Assembly: GCA_049425445.1 (NCBI GenBank)
Contig: JBMSXH010000001.1
Location: forward strand, 1-26,921
Source: Phycisphaerales bacterium
GTDB lineage: Bacteria; Planctomycetota; Phycisphaerae; Phycisphaerales; SM1A02
Length of the DNA: 26,921 nt
Direction of reading: 5' to 3'
Positions 8,211 through 15,310 of the stretch are shown piece by piece; within the stretch, counting starts at the first letter, position 1, and each line of letters starts with the position of its first letter. The position numbers were made by a program, and so were the translations under genes. Under the pieces are notes generated by a model. It was not told where the DNA came from and did no database searches. It saw nothing but the letters and a program-made list of their open reading frames with translations.

Positions 8211-8332
8211 GGGCTGATCGGGTCGTTCGGGCGGATCGGGATTCTGCGCCGCCGACGCCTTCCCGGCGCGATGCCGAGCGAGCGACTCCGCCCGATTCGA
8301 TCAATCTGAACCCGATCCAAACACGCCGCGGT

Positions 8333-9220
8333 TCATCCGGCGGCGGCCGAAGCCCCGTCGCTTGGATAGGAGTGCCCGCATTCGGAGCAGCGGCTTCCGC
8401 CGGCGCGTCGTGGATAGCCGCAGCGGGAGCAGGCAAGGCTCGACCAGGCCTCGCGGCGGCGTCGCGTGAGCAGGAGGATCGCCCACGGACCGCACATCCA
8501 GAGCAGCATCGCCAGGCCGCCGACGATCGCGATGAACGACGGCGCGAAGCAGTAGCAGTTCATCCGCTTCCGAAGCATCACGTAGATCGGGACCGTCATC
8601 AGCATCTCGACGACCGTCGCGGCGAACACCAGCCGGACAAGCCGATCGAGCCCCCGCGGATCGCGGGATCGCCCCGCGCGGCGAAGGAGCCAGTACCAGA
8701 TCCCGCCGGCGATCGACCAGGTCGCAAGCAAGAGCGCGATGCTGCCGAGCGTCGAGAGATCGAGCAGCCGGCCGACGTCGAAACCAAGGGTCCGTTCGAG
8801 GACTTCGATCGCGACGAACACCAGCATCGCCGCGAGGCATCCCGCGATGCCGGCGGCGCCGATCACGCTCGGAAGCAGCGAGACGCCGTTGGGCCGAGTC
8901 CGCAACGGCCCGACGATCGGCACGAGAAGCAGGGTCTGCATCGCGGCGAGGATCGCGAGCATGGCCGCGGTGAAGGGATGGGTCGCCGCTCCGACCCAGG
9001 AGGCGACAAGTTCGGGGAGCAGCTCGCCGGGATCCGGAACGCTTCGTGCGGTGCCGTGCCACGGAGCGGCCAGCGCGTCGAGGGCATCGATCAGGACCAG
9101 GCTCGATCCCGCGGCGAACGAGCCAAGGAGAAAGCTCGCGAGGAAGAAGCCCGCGAGCACGGCCGCGCGGCGCCAGAGGTCGCCTTGACGATCGAAGTTC
9201 GTGGGAACTCGTCCGGACAT
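8333..9220 (-). CDS. Hypothetical multi-pass membrane protein with C-terminal zinc-ribbon, about 295 aa
   Basis: Several hydrophobic segments; RKRMNCYC; terminal CSRCGY..CSECG (CxxC-x10-CxxC). Start uncertain (9220 or 9271). Confidence 0.75.
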   Translation of the reverse strand: MSGRVPTNFDRQGDLWRRAAVLAGFFLASFLLGSFAAGSSLVLIDALDALAAPWHGTARSVPDPGELLPELVASWVGAATHPFTAAMLAILAAMQTLLLVPIVGPLRTRPNGVSLLPSVIGAAGIAGCLAAMLVFVAIEVLERTLGFDVGRLLDLSTLGSIALLLATWSIAGGIWYWLLRRAGRSRDPRGLDRLVRLVFAATVVEMLMTVPIYVMLRKRMNCYCFAPSFIAIVGGLAMLLWMCGPWAILLLTRRRREAWSSLACSRCGYPRRAGGSRCSECGHSYPSDGASAAAG

Positions 9221-9358
9221 GGCCAGGCCGATCGATCCGACATCCCGCGGCCGCTCGGGTGCCGATCGCACGGCGATCGCAAGTCCGGTCGGGCCGCCTC
9301 GTCCGGATCCGCCCGTGACATCGGCGACTCGGCGATCGGTTCTTCATGACCTGCGGCG

Positions 9359-10258
9359 TCAAGGGCGGCGGGGCCGCCGAGATCCCGCGGCAGCCGGCCG
9401 CGCGGCGTCGGCCGCGGTGTCCGAGGGCTCGACTCGTCCGAAGGGCCGACGCTTCCGCCCGACGAACGCGACGTATCGAAGGGGGACGCCGTGGACGGAG
9501 AGGCGATGGCGATAGCGTCGCATCGCCTCGACCTCGAGGGCGCCCTCGCGCTGCAGCGTTCTCACCAGGTTCGAGAAGCCGCTCCGGTCCTCGCCTTCGA
9601 CGAGGAAGTCCTCCTTGATGTTGAAGGCGATCCAGCCCTCGTTGGGAATGAACGAGCAGGCCGAGAGAAACGCCTCGGTCGGGATGTCGCCGTAGCCGAG
9701 CGCCGCCACCACGGTGAGGCAGTTCGGCGCGAAGCTCTCGATGCGCCGTCGATCCGTGGAGTCGAGGGCGGTGAGGTCCGCGACGAGATAGTCGCGATAG
9801 GTGCCCTCCCGATCGCGCTCCGCCGCGATGCGAGCCTCGGGGATGATGTCGATCCCCATCACGTCCTCGACGCCGGTGCGACGGAGTTCCTCGCCCACCA
9901 TCCCGTTGCCGGCGCCGACATCGAGCACGCGGAGATCGCGCGGCGCCTCCGGATGCTCGGCGAGCGCGTCCTCGAGCAGCGACACCACCTGCGAAGGCGA
10001 GCGGCACTCGAGCCGTTGCGCGAAGAGGGCCTCGTAGAGGCCAGGGACCCCGAAGACCTCGTGGTAGTCGTGGAAGCGGATGCGCTTCCATCGCCCGTCG
10101 ATCTCGACCTCGCACCACTCCTCGTCCTGATCGAGGCCGGACTTCTCGGCGTCGGCTTTCGGTGGAAGCCGCACGTTGACGCGGCCTTCGTCCGCAACGA
10201 GCGGCAGCGTCGGCGAGTCGGCGACGGAGGAGATCGAATCGGATGGAGTCTGGTGCAT
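9359..10258 (-). CDS. Class I SAM-dependent methyltransferase, about 299 aa
   Basis: Motif I LRVLDVGAGNGMVG, GIDIIPE, LVADLT. AAGGGA upstream of ATG 10258; in-frame upstream starts exist. Substrate unknown. Confidence 0.88.
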   Translation of the reverse strand: MHQTPSDSISSVADSPTLPLVADEGRVNVRLPPKADAEKSGLDQDEEWCEVEIDGRWKRIRFHDYHEVFGVPGLYEALFAQRLECRSPSQVVSLLEDALAEHPEAPRDLRVLDVGAGNGMVGEELRRTGVEDVMGIDIIPEARIAAERDREGTYRDYLVADLTALDSTDRRRIESFAPNCLTVVAALGYGDIPTEAFLSACSFIPNEGWIAFNIKEDFLVEGEDRSGFSNLVRTLQREGALEVEAMRRYRHRLSVHGVPLRYVAFVGRKRRPFGRVEPSDTAADAARPAAAGSRRPRRP

Positions 10259-10437
10259 CGAGGTTCCCTTCGTGATGCTGGCGCGCGGCCCGATCGAACC
10301 GGAAGACGGGATCGCCGGCGTCCCGCAGGGCGTCGCCTTCATGGTCACGGACCATCGCAAGTTCGGCACAGCGCCCGCCGCGAAGCCGGAGTCGGCTCCG
10401 CCGCGATCAAGGCGCCGCGTGAGGAGGATGTGAAGTC

Positions 10438-10465
10438 ACCCTAGGCCTCATGTCGACGAGGTCAA
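10438..10465 (-). promoter_or_regulatory. Candidate sigma70-type promoter of the methyltransferase gene
   Basis: Minus strand TTGACC (10465-10460), 16-nt spacer, TAGGGT (10443-10438). Confidence 0.5.
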
Positions 10466-10533
10466 GCCGACGAACCGCCGAATCGCACGGAGAAGGCGAG
10501 TGCGATCGGACTCGCATCGCGAGCGACTCGCGT

Positions 10534-10875
10534 TCAGCGGGATGGTCCGCACGCGCGGACGCGCACCTTGCGCAACGTCGCAAGCCGATCGCGAAGTCTC
10601 GCCTCGAGGCCCTCGCGCAGCGCGCGATCGATGCGGAACTTCGCCGCCGTGCTTTCGACCGCGATGTCGAGCACGCCCCCGCGGAAACCCTCGACCGCGG
10701 TCGAGTCGAGCAGCTCCTTCGGCGCGAGATCGACCCACGCCTCCGCCGCCGCTCCGAGGCGATCGGCGTTGCGGCGAATCTGGGTCTCGAGCGAGCCGAC
10801 CAGTCCGCCGATCGTGGCGTCGCGTCCGCGGGGGCGGTTGCGGAGCGCGCGTTCGAGCCTTGCGGTCGGATCCAT
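10534..10875 (-). CDS. dciA: DUF721 / DciA-family protein (probable replicative helicase loader), 113 aa
   Basis: AEAWVDLAPKELLDSTAVEGFRGGVLDIAVESTAAKFRI resembles the DUF721 pattern (W..l.p......t.v..fr.gvL.v.v.s); typical size; TACCCT 6 nt before the ATG supports the start. Confidence 0.6.
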   Translation of the reverse strand: MDPTARLERALRNRPRGRDATIGGLVGSLETQIRRNADRLGAAAEAWVDLAPKELLDSTAVEGFRGGVLDIAVESTAAKFRIDRALREGLEARLRDRLATLRKVRVRACGPSR

Positions 10876-10881
10876 GCCGCG

Positions 10882-10887
10882 AGGGTA
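10882..10887 (-). promoter_or_regulatory. -10 element (TACCCT) of a probable leaderless dciA transcript
   Basis: TAnnnT exactly 6 nt before ATG 10875; no SD. Confidence 0.55.
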
Positions 10888-10917
10888 CCTCGGAGGCGGA
10901 CGGAGGGGCGCCATCGC

Positions 10918-10923
10918 TATCCT
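10918..10923 (+). promoter_or_regulatory. -10 element (TATCCT) of the ABC ATPase, near-leaderless
   Basis: TAnnnT 9 nt before ATG 10933; no SD. Confidence 0.45.
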
Positions 10924-10932
10924 CTCCGCCCC

Positions 10933-12000
10933 ATGACCGAGATCCGACTTGAAGGAATCCGCAAGCGATTCGGCCGCACCGCCGCCGTCGATGGCGTCGA
11001 TCTCGCGATTCCCGCCGGCAACCTCTACTTCCTGCTCGGCCCCTCCGGCTGCGGCAAGACGACGTTGCTGCGGATGCTTGCGGGCTTCATCCGTCCCGAC
11101 GAGGGTCGGATCCTCTTCAACGGTCGCGACGTGAGCCGCGTCCCTCCGGAGAAGCGGGGCACCGCGATGGTCTTCCAGAGCTACGCGCTGTGGCCGCACC
11201 TCTCGGTCTTCGAGAACGTCGCCTTCGGCCTCAAGGTGCGGAAGCTCGGCAGGGACGAGATCGCCGCGAAGGTCGACAAGGCGTTGCGCGGCGTTCGGAT
11301 GGAGGCCCTCGCGGCACGCAAGCCCACCGAACTCTCCGGAGGACAGCAGCAGCGGGTGGCGCTGGCGCGGGCGATGGTCGTCGAGCCGCAGGTGCTGCTG
11401 CTCGACGAGCCGCTCTCGAACCTCGACGCGAAGCTCCGTCTCGAGATGCGCACCGAGATCCGCGCGATCTGTGCGGCGAGCGGCCTGACCGCGGTCTACG
11501 TCACGCACGATCAGGAGGAGGCGCTCTCGATGGCCGACGGCATGGTCGTGCTGCGGGACGGCAAGGCGATGCAGCAGGGGCCGCCGCGCGACCTCTATCG
11601 CCGCCCGGCGAACCGCTTCGTCGCGGACTTCCTCGGCGAGAGCAACTTCATCGACGCCGAGACGCTCTCGGTCGAAGGCGACGCCGCGACGCTGCGCACG
11701 CCCGCGGGCGAGATGCGCTCGACGGCGTTCGACCCGGCGAACCCGCCGAAGGCGGGCGTCACGCTGTCGATCCGGCCCGAGGCGCTGCGGATCGGCGACG
11801 GCGCGTCCGGCGCCAATCGTCTCGAGGGCACGCTGCGCTCGACCATGTATCTCGGCAAGGTCGCGCAGCATCTCGTTGCGCTCGATGGCGACGGCGGCGA
11901 GGTGAAGGTCTTCCAGCCCGATCCTGAGCGGCTTCCCGCGATCGGCGATCGCGTTCGGCTCTCCGTCGACCCGGGCTCGGTGGTGGTGCTGCCGGCGTAG
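10933..12000 (+). CDS. ABC importer ATP-binding subunit, PotA/FbpC/MalK-like with C-terminal TOBE region, 355 aa
   Basis: Walker A GPSGCGKT, Q-loop MVFQSYALWPH, signature LSGGQQQ, Walker B LLLDEP, H-loop VTHDQEEA, FVADFLG. Confidence 0.95.
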   Translation: MTEIRLEGIRKRFGRTAAVDGVDLAIPAGNLYFLLGPSGCGKTTLLRMLAGFIRPDEGRILFNGRDVSRVPPEKRGTAMVFQSYALWPHLSVFENVAFGLKVRKLGRDEIAAKVDKALRGVRMEALAARKPTELSGGQQQRVALARAMVVEPQVLLLDEPLSNLDAKLRLEMRTEIRAICAASGLTAVYVTHDQEEALSMADGMVVLRDGKAMQQGPPRDLYRRPANRFVADFLGESNFIDAETLSVEGDAATLRTPAGEMRSTAFDPANPPKAGVTLSIRPEALRIGDGASGANRLEGTLRSTMYLGKVAQHLVALDGDGGEVKVFQPDPERLPAIGDRVRLSVDPGSVVVLPA

Positions 12001-12003
12001 CGG

Positions 12004-13452
12004 TCAGCCCCGCAGCTTCACGCAGACGTTCTTCGGCTCGGTGAAGAAGCGAAGCGCCTCGAATCCGCCTTCGCGGCCGATGCCGGAGTCCTTCACGCCG
12101 CCGAAGGGCGTGCGAAGGTCGCGAAGCAGCCAGCAGTTGATCCACACCACGCCCGCCTCGATCGCGGCGGCCATGCGATGCGCCCGATCGAGATCGCGGG
12201 TCCACAGCGAGCAGGCGAGCCCGTAGTCGCAGTCGTTGGCGATCGCGACCGCCTCGCGATGGGCGTCGAAGCCCTGCACCGTGACGACCGGACCGAAGAA
12301 CTCCTCCCGCGCGGCTTCGCAGGACGCGGGCACGCCCATCAGCACCGTGGGCTCGAGGAAGAACCCGTCGCGGCACCGGGCCGGGAGATTGCCCGGTCGA
12401 CCGCCGCCGCACGCGACGACGGCACCGGCCTCGATCGCTCGCGCGACCATGCCTTCGATCCTCGCGCGGTGTCCGGAGGAGATCACCGGCCCCATGTCGG
12501 TCTCCGCTTCGAGCGGATCGCCCACCTTGAGCGACGAGACATGGCCGAGGAACCGGTCCATGAACTCCTTCAGGCGACTGCGATGGACGAGAATCCGCGA
12601 TCCGCAGAGGCAGATCTGCCCGGCGTTCGAGAAGGCGCTTCGCACCAGCGTCGGCACCGCCTCGTCGAGGTCGGCGTCGGCGCAGACGATCGCGGCGTTC
12701 TTGCCGCCGAGTTCGAGGGCGGTGCGCTTGAACATCGGCCCGGCGACCTTGGCGATCGCCCGGCCGGTCGGCGTGCCGCCGGTGAAGGTGATGCTCGGGA
12801 CGTCCGGATGCTCGACGATCCTCCGTCCGGCCGGGGCTGCCCCGAAGACGACGTTGAGCACGCCGCGTGGGAACCCGATCTCCGCGGCGATCTCCGCGAG
12901 GCGGAACGAGGTGAGCGAGGCGAGTTCCGAGGGCTTCGCGACCACGGTCGACCCGCTCGCGAGCGCCGGCGCGATCTTCCAGGTGAAGAGGTAGAGCGGC
13001 AGATTCCAGGGCGAGATGCAGCCCGCGACGCCGCGCGGGCGCCGCAGCGTGTAGTTGAGCGCGGTCCCGCCCATGTCGTGGAACTCGCTCTGCTCGTGCA
13101 GGATCGCGGTGGCGAAGAAGCGGAGGTTCGAGATCGCGCGGGGGATCTCGAGTTCGCGGGCGACCGCGAGCGGCTTGCCGGCGTCGCGCGACTCCTCGCG
13201 GGCGAGCGCGTCGAGCCGCGACTCGACGGCGTCCGCGAGCCGAAGCAGCCACCCCGATCGTTCGGAGGCGGCGAGACCGGACCAGATCGGAAACGCCCGC
13301 TTGGCCGCCTCGACGGCGCGATCGACGTCCCGGTCGTCGCCCTCGGGCACCTCCGCGATCGCCTCGCCGGTCGCCGGATCGAGGCTTGGGGCGAAGCGAC
13401 CTTCCGCCGGCGGCACGAGGCCGCCATCGATCAGATGGGCCAGTCGAAGCAT
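12004..13452 (-). CDS. NAD-dependent aldehyde dehydrogenase, 2-hydroxymuconate/2-aminomuconate semialdehyde dehydrogenase-like (ALDH8 type), 482 aa
   Basis: ISPWNLPLYLFTWKIAPALA, FTGGT, catalytic ELGGKN and GQICLCGSR, EEFFGPV, WINCWLLRDLRTPFGGVKDSGIGREG. TACCTT 6 nt before ATG 13452 supports this start. Confidence 0.92.
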   Translation of the reverse strand: MLRLAHLIDGGLVPPAEGRFAPSLDPATGEAIAEVPEGDDRDVDRAVEAAKRAFPIWSGLAASERSGWLLRLADAVESRLDALAREESRDAGKPLAVARELEIPRAISNLRFFATAILHEQSEFHDMGGTALNYTLRRPRGVAGCISPWNLPLYLFTWKIAPALASGSTVVAKPSELASLTSFRLAEIAAEIGFPRGVLNVVFGAAPAGRRIVEHPDVPSITFTGGTPTGRAIAKVAGPMFKRTALELGGKNAAIVCADADLDEAVPTLVRSAFSNAGQICLCGSRILVHRSRLKEFMDRFLGHVSSLKVGDPLEAETDMGPVISSGHRARIEGMVARAIEAGAVVACGGGRPGNLPARCRDGFFLEPTVLMGVPASCEAAREEFFGPVVTVQGFDAHREAVAIANDCDYGLACSLWTRDLDRAHRMAAAIEAGVVWINCWLLRDLRTPFGGVKDSGIGREGGFEALRFFTEPKNVCVKLRG

Positions 13453-13458
13453 CGGGGA

Positions 13459-13464
13459 AAGGTA
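13459..13464 (-). promoter_or_regulatory. -10 element (TACCTT) of a probable leaderless aldehyde dehydrogenase transcript
   Basis: TAnnnT exactly 6 nt before ATG 13452, located downstream of the tRNA terminator. Confidence 0.55.
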
Positions 13465-13494
13465 GTGGCGGGCGGCGAGGGGTGCGGACATGAA

Positions 13495-13523
13495 GAAGCC
13501 CCCGCGTCGATCGCGGGGGCTTC
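13495..13523 (-). terminator. Intrinsic terminator-like hairpin downstream of tRNA-Glu
   Basis: Perfect 12-bp stem GAAGCCCCCGCG / CGCGGGGGCTTC with a 5-nt loop; the T-containing run at its base reads TTCTTC on the minus strand. Confidence 0.75.
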
Positions 13524-13526
13524 CAG

Positions 13527-13598
13527 TGACCCCAGGGAGAATCGAACTCCCGTTTTCAGGATGAGAACCTGACGTCCTAACCGCTAGACGATGGGGCC
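13527..13598 (-). tRNA. tRNA-Glu, anticodon CTC; CCA end not encoded
   Basis: Minus strand GGCCCCATCGTCTAGCGGTTAGGACGTCAGGTTCTCATCCTGAAAACGGGAGTTCGATTCTCCCTGGGGTCA: 7-bp acceptor stem, anticodon arm TCAGG-TTCTCAT-CCTGA, T-arm GGGAG-TTCGATT-CTCCC. Confidence 0.97.
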
Positions 13599-13618
13599 TT
13601 CCCGTGGGAGGGGCGGGG

Positions 13619-13646
13619 AGTATAGCGGTCTCCTTCGGGGTTCCAA
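13619..13646 (-). promoter_or_regulatory. Candidate sigma70 promoter of tRNA-Glu with GC-rich discriminator
   Basis: Minus strand TTGGAA, 16-nt spacer, TATACT, then CCCCGCCCC; the layout is typical of stable-RNA promoters. Confidence 0.65.
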
Positions 13647-13793
13647 GAGCCCGACCGGGGATGCCGCGGGGGAGGGCCGACACGCGTCGTGGAGGCGGTT
13701 CGAGAGGCCGGATTCGCCCGGCATCGGCTCCGGATCGTCGGTGGCCGCCTCGCGGCGAACGCGTTCGCCCGCCCTTCGGGCGATACTGGCCGC

Positions 13794-14825
13794 ATGTCCG
13801 CGGTCCTGCTTGCCGAGAGCTTCGTCCACACCCTCGATCCCTTCGTCTTCGAGATCGCGCCCGGAGTCGGGCCGCGGTGGTACGGGCTCTCCTATCTCGC
13901 CGGATTCATCGTGGGCTGGCTCGTCCTGCGATCAATCGCCCGACGAGGACTCGTTCCGCTCGGGCCGCAGCAGGTCGGCGACCTTCTCACCTGGCTTGTG
14001 GTGGGTGTCCTCGTCGGCGGGCGGGTCGGGCATGTCCTCTTCTACGACCGTCCGCTGCTCTGGACCTTCGACGGCTCGTTTCCGTGGTGGGGACTGCTTG
14101 CGATCCACAAGGGCGGCATGTCGAGCCACGGCGGCGTGATCGGCGTCGCGATCGCCTGCTGGCTCTTTGCGCGACGGCACGGGTGGCGCATGAGCGACGT
14201 GAGCGATCCGGTGGTGCTGGCGGCCGGTCCCGGGCTTGGATTCGGACGACTTGCGAATCTCGTCAACGGCGAGCTGTGGGGCAAGGCGCTTCCGGACTCG
14301 ATGCAGGCGAACCCGCCGTGGTGGAGCATCAAGTATCCGGAGGAGGTGCTCGATCCCGACTTCGTCAACGCGGAGCTTCTCGAGAACCTCCGCCCGCTCG
14401 CGGATCCCTTGCGCCCGTTTCCGCAGAGCCTCCACGAGGCGGCGTACGCGGGTCGCGACGGCGTCGTCGAGGCGCTGACGCCGCTGCTGACGGCCTACCA
14501 CCCGTCGCAGCTCTATCAGGCGATCACCGACGGCGTGATCATTCCGCTGGTGCTCGTGGCGGTGTGGTGGAAGCCTCGCCCCTCCGGCACGCTCACCGGT
14601 GCGTTCTTCGTCGCGTACGGCGTGCTGCGGATGACCACCGAGCAGTTCCGTCAGCCCGACGTCGGCGTCTTCACGCTCGGACCGGTCACGCTGCCGATGC
14701 TGCTGAGTCTGGCGATGATCGCGGTGGGCGCTGCGGCGATCCTCGCCACGCGTCGCGCTGCGAGGATCGGCGGGCTGTCGCTCGATCGAGGGCCCTTCTC
14801 GTCGCTCGCGTCGAGTCCTTCATGA
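13794..14825 (+). CDS. lgt: Prolipoprotein diacylglyceryl transferase, 343 aa
   Basis: RWYGLSY, GGRVGHVLFY, GGMSSHGG, FGRLANLVNGELWG, HPSQLY, YGVLRMTTEQFRQPD. Confidence 0.96.
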   Translation: MSAVLLAESFVHTLDPFVFEIAPGVGPRWYGLSYLAGFIVGWLVLRSIARRGLVPLGPQQVGDLLTWLVVGVLVGGRVGHVLFYDRPLLWTFDGSFPWWGLLAIHKGGMSSHGGVIGVAIACWLFARRHGWRMSDVSDPVVLAAGPGLGFGRLANLVNGELWGKALPDSMQANPPWWSIKYPEEVLDPDFVNAELLENLRPLADPLRPFPQSLHEAAYAGRDGVVEALTPLLTAYHPSQLYQAITDGVIIPLVLVAVWWKPRPSGTLTGAFFVAYGVLRMTTEQFRQPDVGVFTLGPVTLPMLLSLAMIAVGAAAILATRRAARIGGLSLDRGPFSSLASSPS

Positions 14826-15301
14826 ACGCACGAGCCGCGAAGTCGCCGTGGAGGATCCGCGCCGCGGGGCTTCGCGACGTCGCTTCGCTCGCCGAGATCG
14901 ATCGACGATCGTTCCGACACGAGGGCGAGATCTTCGACGCGGCGCGGATCCGTCGCCTGATCGGGAATCCCCGTGCGGTGGCCCTGGTCGCCGCGCAGCG
15001 CGAGCGGCTTCTCGGGTGGGCGGTGGGGCTCTCCCGTCGCACACCTCGTGGCCAGCACGGCCGGCTGTACGGCGTGGCGGTGGATCCGTCGGCGCGGGGC
15101 CTTGGTCTGGGGCGGGCGCTGACGGAGCGGGTGCTCGCGGCGCTTCGCGGCAAGGGATGCCGTCGTCTCGCGCTCGAGGTCAGGCTCGACAACGAGGTGG
15201 CGATCTCGCTCTACGAGTCGCTCGGGTTCGAGGCCGACGAGACGATCACCGACTACTACGCGCCGGGCGTGCATGCGCTTCGCATGCGGCGAGCGGACTG
15301 A
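14822..15301 (+). CDS. GNAT-family N-acetyltransferase (RimI-like), 159 aa
   Basis: LYGVAVDPSARGLGLGRAL (acetyl-CoA binding motif A), LEVRLDNEVAISLYESLGF, DYYAPG; ATGA overlap with lgt. Confidence 0.92.
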   Translation: MNARAAKSPWRIRAAGLRDVASLAEIDRRSFRHEGEIFDAARIRRLIGNPRAVALVAAQRERLLGWAVGLSRRTPRGQHGRLYGVAVDPSARGLGLGRALTERVLAALRGKGCRRLALEVRLDNEVAISLYESLGFEADETITDYYAPGVHALRMRRAD

Positions 15302-15310
15302 GCGCCTCGA

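Noticed and set aside
8211-8332. Pho box upstream of the Na/Pi cotransporter
   Set aside because: No CTGTCA(T/C)-type direct repeats at 11-bp spacing were seen.
13527-13598. tRNA as an integration site for a prophage or island
   Set aside because: No integrase, no duplicated tRNA 3' end and no compositional shift on either side.
13606-13618. G-quadruplex-like run next to the tRNA promoter
   Set aside because: Only three adjacent G-tracts; better explained as the complement of the GC-rich discriminator and leader.
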